Position numbers and translations under genes: made by a program. Shown here piece after piece: positions 1-7,992 of a stretch of DNA of 40,437 nucleotides. The notes under the pieces are model-generated. The model was not told the origin of the DNA. It ran no database searches and saw nothing but the letters and a program-made list of their open reading frames with translations. Location: contig JAFZFM010000189.1 of the NCBI GenBank assembly GCA_017555865.1, positions 1-40,437 of the forward strand, written 5' to 3'. How positions within the stretch are numbered: position 1 is the stretch's first letter; the number at the start of each line of letters is the position of its first letter. This DNA comes from Bacteroidaceae bacterium. Lineage in GTDB: Bacteria; Bacteroidota; Bacteroidia; Bacteroidales; Bacteroidaceae.

Positions 1-954
1 CTTCTTCTTTCCTGCCTCAACTTTTGCCTGCTCCTCCATGCGGTGCTGCATCTCCTTGTTGTAAAGGATAGAGCGCAACTGGCGCATTGCATTCTCCTTG
101 TTCTTGGGTTGGTCACGTGTCTCGGTATTTTCAATGAGAATCTCCTCCTCGGCACCTGTGTAAGGGTCTGTGTATTGGTAACGCAAACGCACACCCGATT
201 CCACCTTGTTCACGTTCTGTCCACCGGCACCACCGCTTCGGAATGTATCCCAAGAGATACGTGCAGGCTCAATTACCACCTCAATACTGTCGTCAACAAG
301 TGGGGTAACGAACACCGATGTGAACGATGTCATGCGCTTTCCCTGAGCGTTGTAAGGGCTCACACGCACCAAACGGTGAACTCCGTTCTCGCCTTTGAGG
401 TAACCATATGCGTATGGTCCTTGGATTTCGAGAGTAACAGTCTTGATACCGGCATCCTCGGCCTCCTGCAGGTTGGCAACAGCAATCTTGTAGCCATTGG
501 CCTCGGCCCAGCGCATATACATACGCATGAGCATGCTTGCCCAGTCCTGTGCCTCGGTTCCACCGGCACCCGAGTTAATTTTCAGCACACAGTCCATGTC
601 GTCAGCCTCACCGCGTAGCATGTTCTTGAGCTCAAGCTCTTCAATAGCTGTGAGCGCACGTGCGTATGCATCGTCAACCTCGTGCTCCTCAACCATCTCC
701 TCACGGAACAGTTCCATAGCCATCTCGGCCTCTTCGGTGCGGTTGTTAACCTCTTTGTATCCGTCAATCCAAGCCTGCAGGCCCTTGACTTTCTTCATCT
801 GTGCCTCGGCCTCCTTGGCATTGTCCCAAAAACCGGGAGCCTGTGTGCGTAGCTGCTCCTCCTCTACCTGAATTATTTTCTCATCTATTGAAAGATACTG
901 TTTCAGTGCGGCGGTGCGCTCCTTTATATCTTTAAGTTGGTCGGCTGTTATCAT
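1..954 (-). CDS. prfB: peptide chain release factor 2, N-terminal ~318 codons (3' end lies beyond the window start)
   Basis: I translated the minus strand by hand from the ATG at 954-952. It gives MITADQLKDIKERTAALKQYLSIDEKIIQVEEEQLRTQAPGFWDNAKEAEAQMKKVKG, an RF2-type N-terminus. Further in the same frame it reads HRLVRVSPYNAQGKRMTSF and RSGGAGGQNVN (the GGQ motif, at 217-225). The frame stays open to position 1, so the ORF track does not list it (no stop in window). Confidence 0.9.
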   Translation of the reverse strand, partial: MITADQLKDIKERTAALKQYLSIDEKIIQVEEEQLRTQAPGFWDNAKEAEAQMKKVKGLQAWIDGYKEVNNRTEEAEMAMELFREEMVEEHEVDDAYARALTAIEELELKNMLRGEADDMDCVLKINSGAGGTEAQDWASMLMRMYMRWAEANGYKIAVANLQEAEDAGIKTVTLEIQGPYAYGYLKGENGVHRLVRVSPYNAQGKRMTSFTSVFVTPLVDDSIEVVIEPARISWDTFRSGGAGGQNVNKVESGVRLRYQYTDPYTGAEEEILIENTETRDQPKNKENAMRQLRSILYNKEMQHRMEEQAKVEAGKKK

Positions 955-1139
955 AGTTATTTGTGCTGTTCTTGATTTATTCCGCGAAGATACAACGATA
1001 TTCAAAAATACGCAAATTGCAGTTGTGTGTAAAGTATATAAAAAGGGTGTAGAAATATTTTTTCATTATAAAACCATATATATATTTGGCAAATGAGTAT
1101 TAATAGTCGTAACTTCGTGGCAAAATCAAAAAGCAATTC

Positions 1140-2213
1140 ATGAATATTACCGAAGCAAATGTAAACCAGGCGGTAGAACTCCTGAAAGTTCTTGTAAGCA
1201 CCCCATCATTAAGCCGTGAGGAGAGTGAAGCAACCGACAAATTGCAGTTGTTCATTGAACGTGGTGCTCCTGTAAGGTTCGAGATGCATCGCCATCTCAA
1301 CAATCTGTGGTGTATTGCACCAGGTTACGACGCTGCACGTCCAACCCTTCTGCTCGATGCTCACATTGATACTGTAAAACCTGTCAACGACTGGAGCAAA
1401 CACCCGTTCACCCCTATTGTTGAAGGTGATACAATCTATGGTCTTGGCACAAATGACGATGGTGCGTCACTTGTAACAATGCTTCAGGTGTTCTATAAAA
1501 TATGCGAGACTCCACAGTCATATAATACAATATTCCTTGCTTCGGCCGAAGAAGAGGTTTCGGGAAAGAACGGAATAGAGGTGGTAATGCCCTTGTTGCC
1601 GCCAGTTTCTTGTGCAATAATTGGTGAGCCAACAGGTATGCATCCTGCTGTTGCCGAAAAAGGTCTCATGGTTCTCGATTGTGTTGCCAAAGGTGTATCG
1701 GGGCATGCTGCGCGAAACGAGGGTGTGAATGCCATCTACAAGGCTATAGATGATATCAACTGGTTCAAGAACTACAAATATCCGCAGTCATCACCGCTTT
1801 TGGGTGATGTAAAGATGACTGTAACACAGGTGAATGCCGGTACGCAGCACAATGTGATACCGAACAATTGCAGTTATGTAGTAGATATACGCAGCAATGA
1901 GTGTTACTCTAATAAAGAGCTGCTCGATATTATAAGCAGTAATGTGGGTAGCGATATCAAGGCACGTTCTACACGTCTGAACTCATCGTCCATATCAACA
2001 GAGCATCCGTTGGTAAAGCGTGCGGTTGAACTTGGGCGCAAGCCTTTCGGTTCGCCAACGCTATCAAATCAGGCATTGCTTTCCATTCCAACCCTCAAGA
2101 TGGGTCCCGGAGAGTCTTCACGCTCCCACACAGCCAACGAATTCATCAAGGTGAGTGAAATTCGCGAGGGTATGGAGATTTTTGCAAAAATGCTTGACGG
2201 GTTAAGATTGTAA
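1140..2213 (+). CDS. M20 family metallopeptidase (ArgE/DapE-like deacylase)
   Basis: 357 aa ORF. It has an LLLDAHIDTV metal-binding motif, an EEEVSGKNG acid pair and a GVSGHAA dimerisation-domain motif, all typical of acetylornithine deacetylase / succinyl-DAP desuccinylase relatives. The substrate cannot be assigned from sequence. Confidence 0.8.
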   Translation: MNITEANVNQAVELLKVLVSTPSLSREESEATDKLQLFIERGAPVRFEMHRHLNNLWCIAPGYDAARPTLLLDAHIDTVKPVNDWSKHPFTPIVEGDTIYGLGTNDDGASLVTMLQVFYKICETPQSYNTIFLASAEEEVSGKNGIEVVMPLLPPVSCAIIGEPTGMHPAVAEKGLMVLDCVAKGVSGHAARNEGVNAIYKAIDDINWFKNYKYPQSSPLLGDVKMTVTQVNAGTQHNVIPNNCSYVVDIRSNECYSNKELLDIISSNVGSDIKARSTRLNSSSISTEHPLVKRAVELGRKPFGSPTLSNQALLSIPTLKMGPGESSRSHTANEFIKVSEIREGMEIFAKMLDGLRL

Positions 2214-2256
2214 GCTGTTTATTTAAATATAAAGAACAAACAATTATTGTTTATGC

Positions 2257-2282
2257 GAGGGCGACAAAAAAAGGTCGCCCTC
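2257..2282. terminator. bidirectional intrinsic terminator between convergent genes
   Basis: Perfect 9 bp stem GAGGGCGAC / GTCGCCCTC with an A-rich loop, and T/A runs on both sides. It lies between the stops of the M20 gene (+) and ybeY (-). Confidence 0.7.
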
Positions 2283-2329
2283 TTGTGTTGTGGCTTGCCC
2301 TGGAATATATATAGTTCAGCCATCTATTC

Positions 2330-2743
2330 TTATCCTCTCATTGCCAGTGCCCTGTTCTCGCAGGCTTCCATAATCTCGCGCTCACCCTCTCCCTTGTCGT
2401 TTATTCCGCACAGGTGCAGAATACCGTGTATAATCACGCGGTGAAGTTCCTGTTCGTATGTAGCTCCAACCATCTCGCTGTTGGTACGCACGGTGTCTAG
2501 CGAAATGAAAAGGTCGCCGCTTATGGTGTCGTCCTCGCAATAGTCGAAAGTAATTATATCGGTGTAGTAATCGTGTTGCAGATACTCGCGGTTCACCTCA
2601 AGAATCTTCTCGTCGTTACAGAATATGTAGGCTATGTCGCCCACTTTCTTTCCGTATGTGGCAGCAACGGCCTTGATCCATGCTGTTGTCTCACGTTTTT
2701 TTATTGCAGGCATCTTAATGCCATCGGTCTGGTATCTTATCAT
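2330..2743 (-). CDS. ybeY: rRNA maturation endoribonuclease YbeY
   Basis: 137 aa. Carries the zinc motif HGILHLCGINDKGEGE (H-G-x-L-H-L-x-G). Size and position (last gene of an operon) are typical. Confidence 0.9.
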   Translation of the reverse strand: MIRYQTDGIKMPAIKKRETTAWIKAVAATYGKKVGDIAYIFCNDEKILEVNREYLQHDYYTDIITFDYCEDDTISGDLFISLDTVRTNSEMVGATYEQELHRVIIHGILHLCGINDKGEGEREIMEACENRALAMRG

Positions 2744-2747
2744 AGAA

Positions 2748-3893
2748 TTATAATTTTTTGTTCAGTGTTACTTTACCATCTTTATCTGTTATAGTGACTC
2801 CTATGCCTTCTTTGGTTAGTTTAAGGTCAATAACACTGTTGTTGTCGTTGACTATTATAGGGAATTTCCTCTCATCGCCATCCGGCTCTATATCTATGTG
2901 GCGGTGGGTGTGCCCCGACAGCACAAGGTCTATCTTGGCTTTGTTAAATATAGGAGTGAATAACCTTGAAAGTTCCTTTTCGGCATGCTGTTCGCTATGG
3001 TGGTTGCCGGTGATGTAAGGAGGTATGTGCATGAGTACGATTCTGTTGCTGCATTGTCTGAATCTCTTGCTCTTTATCTCCTGCTGTAGCCACAAAGCCT
3101 GTTCGTTGCGGTAACTGTCGAAATCGTTTATACCGCCGTATACCGGGTGGCTGTCGGGTTTGTCCTCTCCTGTGTCAAGCACTATCAGTGCCGTGTTACC
3201 GTAATAGTATATGTTATAGAACCTGCCTTCGTGGGTGCCAACATACTCCTTGTAGCGGCGTGCCATGTTTCCGCGTGTCTCGTGATTTCCACGTACTGCT
3301 ATAAAAGGCTTGTTGCGGGCAAACAACTCTGTTGAAAGGTCAATGAATCCATTGTATGGCACATCCTCTCTCTCGCTGTAGCTAATCATGTCTCCAAGGT
3401 ATATTACCGCATTGGCACTGCTTAACTGCGATTTTTCCAAAAGAGTACGTACCTTACCGGCATTGTCGTGTCCGTCGTTGATTATGACAAAACTACACTC
3501 CTTTGCCTTGCTGTCGGTTGTATAGAATCTCTCCCATTCTGTGGCTATGCTGTCTCCGTATGTTATCTTGTAGGGGCGGAACTCCTTCATCTCCTTAGCC
3601 ACAATACGGTAGCGGTATTGCTTGCCTCTCTCCAGTCCGTTTATCTCTATACTGTAACTCTTGGTATATGCATCCAGTAACCCGGCTTCACTATTGGCGA
3701 AACGCCGTGGTTCTACCCAACCGTCAGACTCTACCTCTATCCATGCAAATGATGGTGCCGATGTGGTGAAGAAAACAGTCACTTTATCTTCGGTTACATT
3801 TTGCAGGTAAGGACCATGTCCTATCCCGAATCCGTCGGCAAGTGCTATTGTATACCCAAACAGTGCAATTATGGTCAATGCAATGCTTCTCAT
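2748..3893 (-). CDS. secreted metallophosphoesterase (purple-acid-phosphatase-like)
   Basis: 381 aa with a signal peptide (MRSIALTIIALFGYTIALA). An N-terminal PAP/FN3-like region is followed by the calcineurin-like motif series: NDGHD, GDMISY, GNHE, VLMHIPP, GHTHRH. Confidence 0.8.
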   Translation of the reverse strand: MRSIALTIIALFGYTIALADGFGIGHGPYLQNVTEDKVTVFFTTSAPSFAWIEVESDGWVEPRRFANSEAGLLDAYTKSYSIEINGLERGKQYRYRIVAKEMKEFRPYKITYGDSIATEWERFYTTDSKAKECSFVIINDGHDNAGKVRTLLEKSQLSSANAVIYLGDMISYSEREDVPYNGFIDLSTELFARNKPFIAVRGNHETRGNMARRYKEYVGTHEGRFYNIYYYGNTALIVLDTGEDKPDSHPVYGGINDFDSYRNEQALWLQQEIKSKRFRQCSNRIVLMHIPPYITGNHHSEQHAEKELSRLFTPIFNKAKIDLVLSGHTHRHIDIEPDGDERKFPIIVNDNNSVIDLKLTKEGIGVTITDKDGKVTLNKKL

Positions 3894-3904
3894 GATGTAG
3901 TGTG

Positions 3905-5137
3905 TTATGCAAAGAATATATATGCAATTATAATTGCTGCTATAATTCCGGCAAGGTCGGCAAGCAGTCCGCAGCTCACCGCGTGGCGGGTTTTCTTTAT
4001 TCCTACACTACCAAAATATACAGCCAGAATATAGAATGTTGTGTCGGTTGCTCCCTGGAACAGGCAGGCAAGTCTGCCGGCAAAGGAGTCGGCACCGTAT
4101 GTGTTCATTGCGTCAATCATCATTCCGCGTGCACCGCTACCGCTTAACGGTTTCATTATAGCTGTTGGCAGCGCACCCACAAAGTCATCGCCCATGCCCA
4201 CAGCGTTGGCACACCATGCAATGCCATCCATAATAACATCCATACCACCCGAAGCACGGAACACACCAATGGCAACAAGTATTGCAATAAGGTAAGGTAT
4301 TATGCGCACTGCTGTTGAAAATCCATCCTTCGCACCCTCGATGAATGCTTCGTAAACATTTATCCTGGCAACCATTCCGGCAACAATAAACATTATTATC
4401 ACCGAGAATAGTATTATATTGGCAAGCGAAGTCGATAAAAGTTCTATATGCACCTGCGACAACTGCATCATACCCCATGTTCCACCGGCAACAAGCGCGC
4501 ATATACCAAAAAGCAACAACAACATTGTGCGGTTGAAAAGGTTTATTTTCTGGTAAATGCTTGTTACAATCAGTCCTACAACAGTAGATACTGTGGTAGC
4601 AAGCAGAATGGGAATGAATACATCCGTTGGGTTTGCAGCACCCATTTCGGCGCGGTACAGAAGTACTGTTATTGGAATGAGCGTGAGCCCTGATGTGTTC
4701 AGCACCAGGAACATTATCATTGAATTGCTTGCAGTGTCTTTCCTGTGATTTATCTCCTGCAGCTCCTGCATGGCCTTCAGCCCCATAGGTGTTGCTGCGT
4801 TATCAAGTCCAAGCATGTTTGCCGAGAAGTTCATGAACATGGTTCCCATTGCCGGGTGTCCCTTTGGAATGTCGGGGAAAATTCTGCACAAAACCGGGCT
4901 GAGTAGCCTTGCAAGTCCGGCAACAAGCCCGCCTTTCTCACCAATCTTCATTATACCCATCCACAGCGACAGCACACCTGTAAGTCCCAACGAAATCTCA
5001 AAGGCGTTCTTTGCCTGTGCAAAGGTGGAGTTCATTATTGCCGGGAACACAGTTGTGTCGCCACAGAGTATCAGTTTGCCAACTGCAATTACAAAGGCAA
5101 GCAGGAAAAAAGCTATCCAAATATAGTTAAGTACCAC
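3905..5137 (-). CDS. nucleoside-recognition (Gate) domain membrane protein, fused SpmA/SpmB-like
   Basis: 410 aa polytopic membrane protein. The N-terminus MVLNYIWIAFFLLAF is characteristic of SpmA-like proteins. GTG start at 5137. It is the first gene of the minus-strand operon with the phosphoesterase and ybeY (gaps of 11 and 4 nt). Confidence 0.7.
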   Translation of the reverse strand: MVLNYIWIAFFLLAFVIAVGKLILCGDTTVFPAIMNSTFAQAKNAFEISLGLTGVLSLWMGIMKIGEKGGLVAGLARLLSPVLCRIFPDIPKGHPAMGTMFMNFSANMLGLDNAATPMGLKAMQELQEINHRKDTASNSMIMFLVLNTSGLTLIPITVLLYRAEMGAANPTDVFIPILLATTVSTVVGLIVTSIYQKINLFNRTMLLLLFGICALVAGGTWGMMQLSQVHIELLSTSLANIILFSVIIMFIVAGMVARINVYEAFIEGAKDGFSTAVRIIPYLIAILVAIGVFRASGGMDVIMDGIAWCANAVGMGDDFVGALPTAIMKPLSGSGARGMMIDAMNTYGADSFAGRLACLFQGATDTTFYILAVYFGSVGIKKTRHAVSCGLLADLAGIIAAIIIAYIFFA

Positions 5138-5326
5138 GTTTCTTCTCTTTTTATAGTAGGTTTTGCGAAGATAGTAAAAAAACGGTTCGTCATGACCTTA
5201 AAAATCACAACCTCTCTGTTTTTTTTATTTAATGTCTATTTTTTATACTGTATTTGTCTAAAATTTTTACAGATTATATTTTTGACGAATTGGTTAAATT
5301 GTTGATTTGTAGTGTTTTAAAAAGTT

Positions 5327-5342
5327 TGGCACGGTTTTGGCA
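5327..5342 (+). promoter_or_regulatory. sigma-54 (RpoN) -24/-12 promoter
   Basis: The sequence is TGGCACGgtttTGGCAt. GG is at 5328-5329 and GC at 5340-5341, which is exactly the consensus spacing of TGGCACG-N4-TTGCA. The only -12 deviation is TGGC for TTGC. It sits ~27 nt upstream of the MKRIF start of the TolC gene, in a locus that also encodes a sigma-54-dependent activator. Confidence 0.65.
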
Positions 5343-5368
5343 TGTATAAAAGTAGAAACCGTTTTTTT

Positions 5369-6700
5369 ATGAAAAGAATATTTATGACAATTATTGCAGT
5401 CTGCCTATCTTTATCGGTTGCTGCACAAGTAATGACAATGGATGAATGTATGGCCTACGCAGTGGAGCACTCCCTGTCGGTAGGCAAGCAACGTAACGCT
5501 CTTGATAATGCAAAAATGAGTTACAAGGAGTCTGTTGCTTCGCTATTCCCATCGGTGTCGGCCGGTGTCTCAGCCTCGACCAATTTCGGTCGTTCCATCG
5601 ACCCTGAGACAAACAGTTATACAACAATCTCCACATTCGGCAACTCCTATAGTCTGTCGGCGTCAATGCCATTGTTTGCTGGTTTGCGTTATGTAAACTC
5701 AATACGCGCTGCAAAGGTTGCGCGCGAGCGTGGTCACAGCGATTTGCAGATAGCACGCGACAGGGTTGCAATGGAGGTAATGAGAGTATACTCCGATGTC
5801 CTCTATTATAAAGGTACAGTAAAGATTGCCGAGGAGCATTTGTCTGCATCGCGCGAGACACTTCGCCAGGCCAATAAGCTATGCGAACTTGGTCGCAAGA
5901 GTGCAGCCGAGGTTGCCGAGGTTGCCGCTCAAGAGGCAAATTACGATTACCTGCTTGCCGAGCAACAGAATAATCTTGCAATGGCATGGATAAAGCTGCG
6001 CGAGGTAATGAACTGTCCTCAAGACCTGGAATTTGATATTGTTGAAACAACATCTCCTGTAGCAGGCAATACATCAGTCTCAGTAGAAAATGTTCTTGAA
6101 TACGCCTTGTCCAACAATGCACAGATGGTATCATCCACATTGGCTGTAAAAGAGTATAAATACCATTATGCACGAGCAAAGGGAGCATGGTTCCCCACAA
6201 TAAGCCTCTCGGCAGGAATAAGTACAAATTATTATACCAATTTCGAGAACAGGACTGTTTATCCCTCATTTTCGTCTCAACTCCGTAACAATATGGGTGA
6301 GTATATTGGTTTGTCAATGTCAATTCCCATATTCTCGAATTTGAGCCGTAAATCGGCTGTACGTTCATCCCGCAATGCCTTGCGTAATGCCGAACTGGAG
6401 ATGGCTGCTACACGCAATGCTGTGGAGAGTGAAGTTGTACAGGCGTGCCGACAAATGGATGGTTATGGCAAGCAGTATTTTATGGCTGTAAATAAGGTAG
6501 AAGCTTCGCGCCTTGCATACAATGGCATTGCAGCCAAGTTCTCAAATGGACTTGTTACTGCAATAGAGTTACAGACAGCAGCAACAGCGCTGTTGCAGGC
6601 CGAGTCCGATTGTCTGCGTACAGAACTGCAGTATATGATAGAGAAACGAATGGTCGACTACTACAGCGGCATTCCATTTGTAACGACTGAAAACGAATAA
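5369..6700 (+). CDS. TolC-family outer membrane efflux protein
   Basis: The ORF track gives 5342..6700. I prefer the start at 5369 (MKRIFMTIIAVCLSLSVAAQ, a clean signal peptide), because the ATG at 5342 overlaps the -12 element. The protein shows the two-repeat coiled-coil/barrel composition typical of the TolC/OMF family. Confidence 0.85.
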   Translation: MKRIFMTIIAVCLSLSVAAQVMTMDECMAYAVEHSLSVGKQRNALDNAKMSYKESVASLFPSVSAGVSASTNFGRSIDPETNSYTTISTFGNSYSLSASMPLFAGLRYVNSIRAAKVARERGHSDLQIARDRVAMEVMRVYSDVLYYKGTVKIAEEHLSASRETLRQANKLCELGRKSAAEVAEVAAQEANYDYLLAEQQNNLAMAWIKLREVMNCPQDLEFDIVETTSPVAGNTSVSVENVLEYALSNNAQMVSSTLAVKEYKYHYARAKGAWFPTISLSAGISTNYYTNFENRTVYPSFSSQLRNNMGEYIGLSMSIPIFSNLSRKSAVRSSRNALRNAELEMAATRNAVESEVVQACRQMDGYGKQYFMAVNKVEASRLAYNGIAAKFSNGLVTAIELQTAATALLQAESDCLRTELQYMIEKRMVDYYSGIPFVTTENE

Positions 6701-6715
6701 AAAATATAAACTACT

Positions 6716-7975
6716 ATGGATATAAAATTGGAAAAGAAAAGAGGGTGGCGTGCCCTTTTGAGTAAAAAGAGTTTGCCTTACGCATTTGGAGCGCTGCTGT
6801 TTGTATTGTTTGTGTGGCTGCTTGTAAAGGACAACAGTTCCACACTGCGTGTTAACACAGCAACAATTTCCGTGTCAAATGTCGAGCAGGGTGAGTTCAA
6901 CGATTATGTCAGCCTGAGCGGAACTGTGCAGCCCATTACCACCATGCAGCTTTCTCCTTTGGAGAGTGGTGTAGTAGAGCGCATTGTTGCCGAGGAAGGA
7001 ACAACTGTAAAGGCTGGTGATGTAATCCTTGAGATGGCAAATAAACAGCTTTCCATGCAAATTCTGCAATCCGAGGCCGACCTTGCCGAGAAACAGAACA
7101 TCTTGCGCAACACACTTATCTCAATGGAACAGGAGCGTCTTTCGCTCCGTCAGGAGATGTTGCAGCTCGACCTTGAGGTTACACGCAAGAGACGTACATA
7201 CGAACAGAATGTGGAGCTTTACAAGGAAAATCTCATTGCCAAGGAGATTTACCTGCAGTCGAAAGAGGATTACGAACTTGCCCAGGCAAGGCGTGTGCTT
7301 GTGAGCGAACGACAGAAACAGGACTCTCTCTACCGCACCGTGCAGGTTGCGCAGCTCGACGAGAACCTGCGTTCAATGCAGCTCAATATGCAGCTCATTC
7401 GAGAGCGCGTGGGTAATCTCAAGGTAAAAGCCCCGATAGATGGCGAGGTGGGAATGCTCAACGTTGTGCTTGGACAGACACTCTCGCAGGGAAGTGCCAT
7501 AGGCCAGATTAACGACCTTTCGGCCTATAAGGTTAGTGCAATGGTAGATGAACATTATATCGACCGCATTGTAACAGGGCTAACCGCTTCGTTCATGCGT
7601 CAGGACAATGTCTACGATATGTTGCTGCGCAAGGTCTACCCCGAGGTACGTGAAGGAAAATTCAAGGTCGACCTTACCTTTACCGGAGTGGTTCCCGACA
7701 ATATCCGTTCCGGACAAACCTACAACATGAATCTGCAGCTAGGACAACCTGTTGAGGCTGTTTATATACCGCGCGGAGCTTTCTTTCAAAAGACAGGTGG
7801 TCGTTGGATATATGTTGTTGACGAGGCTGGTGAAAAGGCATACCGCCGCGAAATACGCATAGGTCGCCAGAACCCCAAGTATTATGAGATAGTCGATGGA
7901 CTTTCAAAGGGTGAAAAGGTTATAACATCGTCCTACGATAATTTTGGTGATAACGAAGTGCTTATCCTTAAATAA
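6716..7975 (+). CDS. HlyD/MacA-type periplasmic adaptor subunit
   Basis: 419 aa. It has an N-terminal TM anchor, a biotinyl/lipoyl-like hairpin (GTVQPITTMQLSPLESGVVERI ... KAGDVILEM), a long coiled-coil and a beta-barrel domain. Confidence 0.85.
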   Translation: MDIKLEKKRGWRALLSKKSLPYAFGALLFVLFVWLLVKDNSSTLRVNTATISVSNVEQGEFNDYVSLSGTVQPITTMQLSPLESGVVERIVAEEGTTVKAGDVILEMANKQLSMQILQSEADLAEKQNILRNTLISMEQERLSLRQEMLQLDLEVTRKRRTYEQNVELYKENLIAKEIYLQSKEDYELAQARRVLVSERQKQDSLYRTVQVAQLDENLRSMQLNMQLIRERVGNLKVKAPIDGEVGMLNVVLGQTLSQGSAIGQINDLSAYKVSAMVDEHYIDRIVTGLTASFMRQDNVYDMLLRKVYPEVREGKFKVDLTFTGVVPDNIRSGQTYNMNLQLGQPVEAVYIPRGAFFQKTGGRWIYVVDEAGEKAYRREIRIGRQNPKYYEIVDGLSKGEKVITSSYDNFGDNEVLILK

Positions 7976-7992
7976 TAAATGACAAAAAGATT

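Noticed and set aside
43-871. Plus-strand ORFs of 191 aa and 124 aa at the start of the window.
   Set aside because: Their translations are low-complexity junk. The opposite strand encodes an unmistakable RF2 (GGQ motif, RF2 N-terminus) over the same span, so these are shadow ORFs.
5342-5368. N-terminal extensions offered by the ORF track: TolC at 5342, recR at 28382, recO at 35750, ftsA at 39795, the C10 protease at 23917, permease 2 at 11351 and the GNAT at 30750.
   Set aside because: In each case an internal ATG gives the canonical family N-terminus or signal peptide. The extension overlaps a promoter element or the upstream gene, or begins at a non-ATG codon.
5391-6368. 325 aa minus-strand ORF inside the TolC gene.
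   Set aside because: It is an antisense shadow ORF with a biased, Arg/Leu/Pro/Gln-rich composition and no motifs. The plus strand gives a coherent TolC-family protein.
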